Part shown: positions 34,549 to 36,616 of the stretch, one piece after another
Position numbering within the stretch: position 1 is the first letter of the stretch
Layout: every line of letters starts with the position of its first letter
DNA from: Candidatus Methylomirabilota bacterium
Lineage (GTDB): Bacteria; Methylomirabilota; Methylomirabilia; Rokubacteriales; CSP1-6
DNA length: 36,616 nt
Assembly: GCA_046726415.1 (NCBI GenBank)
Contig: JBKPAK010000254.1
Location: 1-36,616, forward strand
Direction of reading: 5' to 3'
Position numbers and translations under genes: made by a program
The notes under the pieces: model-generated
Database searches by the model: none
Told to the model about the DNA's origin: nothing
What the model saw: the letters and a program-made list of their open reading frames with translations, nothing else

Positions 34549-35610
34549 GTGGCCGAAGCCGCTCTCGCGAAATTCTCTGCTGACTTTCTCACCGAGCGCC
34601 TGCGTGCGAGTGGAGTGCTCCCGCGCGGGCGTGTGATCGCCGTCGACGCCGTCGAGCGTCGCTCCACGCTCGTTTCCACGATTGCGCCACTCCGGGTGGA
34701 ATACTCATCCGATGCGCCGGAAGAGACGCCCACACGCCTGTTCCTGAAAGCCACGCGAGGCGGCCTCGATCCCGGTTTGCAGTCAGTCGGCGAACGTGAG
34801 GTGGCCTTCTATCGGCACGCCGCGCCGCTGATGCCCGGCGGCCCAATTCCTCGCTGTTACGACGCGGAGTTCATCGACGGAAACTTCCATCTCCTGCTGG
34901 ACGATCTCTCGCAGACCCACACTACGATCACCCCCTGGCCGCTCCCGCCGAGCGACGAGGCGTGCGAGCGCATCATCGACACGTGGGCGAGCTTTCACGC
35001 GTTCTGGTGGCTTCACCCGAGCCTCGGCCGTGACGTGGGCACATTTCTCGACGAGGCCGCGCTGGCAAAGATCACGGCCGAGTATCGCGAGCGTTACGCG
35101 CGCTTTGCCAGAACGCTCGATGACCGACTGTGGCCGGCGGCCCGAGCGATCTACGCGCGTGTGCACGATGCGCGCGAGCGGCTGATCACTCCCGTGCGTC
35201 TCTATGCGACTTACACGATCGGCCACGGTGATGCGCACGTGTGGAACTTACTCTATCCGCGCGACGGTGTTACCGCCGCTGGCATTCTTCTGATCGACTG
35301 GGACAACTGGCGGATCGGACGTGCCGCCGCAGATCTCGCGTACATGATGGCGGTGCACTGGTATCCCGAGCGGCGCGCGCGGCTTGAAGCTCGACTCCTG
35401 GAGCGTTACCACGCCGGCCTCTGCACTCACGGCGTGACCGACTACAGTCTCGAGCGCCTGTGGGAGGATTACCGGCTGTCGGTTATCGGTCACCTGGCGA
35501 TCCCGATTTGGCAGCAGACGCTCGGGCTACCTCCCGCGATCTGGTGGTCCCATCTTCACCGCATCATCGCCGCTTTCGAGGATCTGGACTGCGCCACGTT
35601 TCTCGCGTGA
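34549..35610 (+). CDS. APH/ecdysteroid-kinase-like phosphotransferase
   Basis: LFLK, REV.FY, P.CY, LLLDDL, HGDAH.WN (Brenner motif), LIDW, DLAY. Confidence 0.88.
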   Translation: MAEAALAKFSADFLTERLRASGVLPRGRVIAVDAVERRSTLVSTIAPLRVEYSSDAPEETPTRLFLKATRGGLDPGLQSVGEREVAFYRHAAPLMPGGPIPRCYDAEFIDGNFHLLLDDLSQTHTTITPWPLPPSDEACERIIDTWASFHAFWWLHPSLGRDVGTFLDEAALAKITAEYRERYARFARTLDDRLWPAARAIYARVHDARERLITPVRLYATYTIGHGDAHVWNLLYPRDGVTAAGILLIDWDNWRIGRAAADLAYMMAVHWYPERRARLEARLLERYHAGLCTHGVTDYSLERLWEDYRLSVIGHLAIPIWQQTLGLPPAIWWSHLHRIIAAFEDLDCATFLA

Positions 35611-35661
35611 CACCTTTACCGTGGCCGCGCCAGCCAGGAGTTTGGAAGCCGTCGCCGTGAC

Positions 35662-35691
35662 ACCCAGACTTCACCCAGGAATTACCCAGGA
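35662..35691 (+). repeat. 20-bp direct repeat, copy 2, plus a third ACCCAG unit (arm-type site candidate)
   Basis: ACCCAGACTTCACCCAGGAATTACCCAGGA; units at 35662, 35673 and 35684. Confidence 0.85.
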
Positions 35692-35787
35692 AGTTGCGAG
35701 CCAAAGAGCCCCAAAGCTTCCTGCGGGAAAAGCGCTAATTTACGAGGCGTTGTTTGTGGCGCGTTGGCTCCAGTCCTGGTTTGGAAA

Positions 35788-35816
35788 GGGCTCATAACCC
35801 ACTGTACCGGGGTTCG
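35788..35816 (+). other. Second tRNA(CAT) anticodon-arm remnant (att core candidate)
   Basis: GGGCTCATAACCC followed by a diverged tRNA-like ...CCGGGGTTCG. Confidence 0.65.
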
Positions 35817-35868
35817 CAGCGGACGACAGCTAGCATGCAAAATTAAGCGGTTGCGATGCACGTCGCAC

Positions 35869-35902
35869 GGCTCATCGGGTTTTCAACCCAAAGGTCGGCG
35901 GT
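35869..35902 (+). other. Third tRNA-fMet remnant split by a 9-bp insertion
   Basis: GGCTCAT-[CGGGTTTTC]-AACCCAAAGGTCGGCGGT versus GGCTCAT-AACCCAAAGGTCG at 31363. Confidence 0.6.
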
Positions 35903-36079
35903 GAGACTCGCCCGCCACTGCCGAACGAAGCGCTCCACCTGGGAGTCGTCGGTGTAGCGGTGCACCTGGCGCGAACGAGCGCGTCGACTCCGCTCTCGGG
36001 GCAGATTCACAAGCGACAAGTGGGCCCGTGCTGACGCGCTCGGTCTTCCCAGGGCCCGGATGGCGGAGAACCGGTGGTG

Positions 36080-36442
36080 TCACGCCAGGAACTCAGTACA
36101 GCCGAGGTCGTCGATCGCGAGCATCACTCGCTCCAGGCCAGGCCACCAGATCCACGCACCGAGCTTGTGGGCGGCCTGCCACACAGGTGTAGCCATCTGC
36201 CAGAGCACCGAGAGACGATAGTCCTGCCATAACGCGTCGAAGGTGTAGCCACGCACGCCGTGAGTCACCAGCGTGGCGTGATAGCGCTCTAGGGATTGCC
36301 GCTCAAGCCGGCATCGGCGCTCCGGGGACCAGTACAACGCGATCATGTAGGCGAGATCATCGGTGGCCACGTCCACCCGCCAGCCGTCCCAGTCGATGAG
36401 TCGCACGTCCGCGTTGCCGGTATCGCGGGGGAACAAAACAAT
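36080..36442 (-). pseudogene. C-terminal fragment of a second phosphotransferase, paralog of 34549-35610
   Basis: LFPRD...RLIDWD.WR...A..DLAYM.A..W.PERR.RLE...LERYH...GV..Y....LW.DYRLSV aligns with the upstream gene; similarity ends just short of the HGDAH motif. Confidence 0.8.
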
Positions 36443-36616
36443 CGACTCGGTCCGGCTTCCGACTCGGACGCAACTGTCCGAGGTGGCGCAAGACGCGGGG
36501 CTGAGTCTGATCCGACACCGGACAGTGAGCTATCCGGTGGCGCCGAACCTTAGCACCTATGCCGAACACGTGGCGACGCGAACCTTCTCAACGCTGCAGC
36601 TTGTCTCCGACGAGGA

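Larger units (their letters stand above)
31363..35800. mobile_element. Putative integrase-free integrative cassette (about 4.4 kb) bounded by tRNA-fMet anticodon-arm direct repeats
   Basis: GGCTCATAACCC at 31363-31374 and 35789-35800; 20-bp ACCCAGACTTCACCCAGGAA just inside both ends. Confidence 0.6.

Overview
GC-rich bacterial accessory-type region; gene style suggests a diderm soil lineage such as Candidatus Rokubacteria (inference only). Left part: the end of an ABC permease, then a block of exported proteins (860-codon ORF encoding a YVTN beta-propeller fused to a di-heme CCP/MauG-type domain, a small exported beta protein, a 7-repeat HAF-like propeller, a 16-Cys thaumatin-like protein), an SGNH hydrolase preceded by a 26-bp tandem repeat, an ICMT-family methyltransferase, a class III cyclase-TM-TolB-like-TPR protein, an ABM protein, an XRE-cupin/GNAT pair with a twin operator, two TPR proteins (one frameshifted in a (GC)6 tract), an LLM oxidoreductase and three stitched gene fragments. 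Middle: a 1086-aa uncharacterised membrane protein with a sigma54-type promoter, and a five-gene overlapping operon (acyl-CoA dehydrogenase, MaoC hydratase, class II PhaC, PhaZ, acyl-CoA ligase) with a sigma54 promoter, next to an NtrC-family activator and a soluble PAS-PAS kinase. Right part: a transposase relic, then a 4.4-kb integrase-free segment (MFS, AdaA-like, Erm-like methyltransferase, phosphotransferase) bracketed by tRNA-fMet anticodon-arm direct repeats with matching internal arm-like repeats. Product calls come from motif recognition by eye; no database searches were run.
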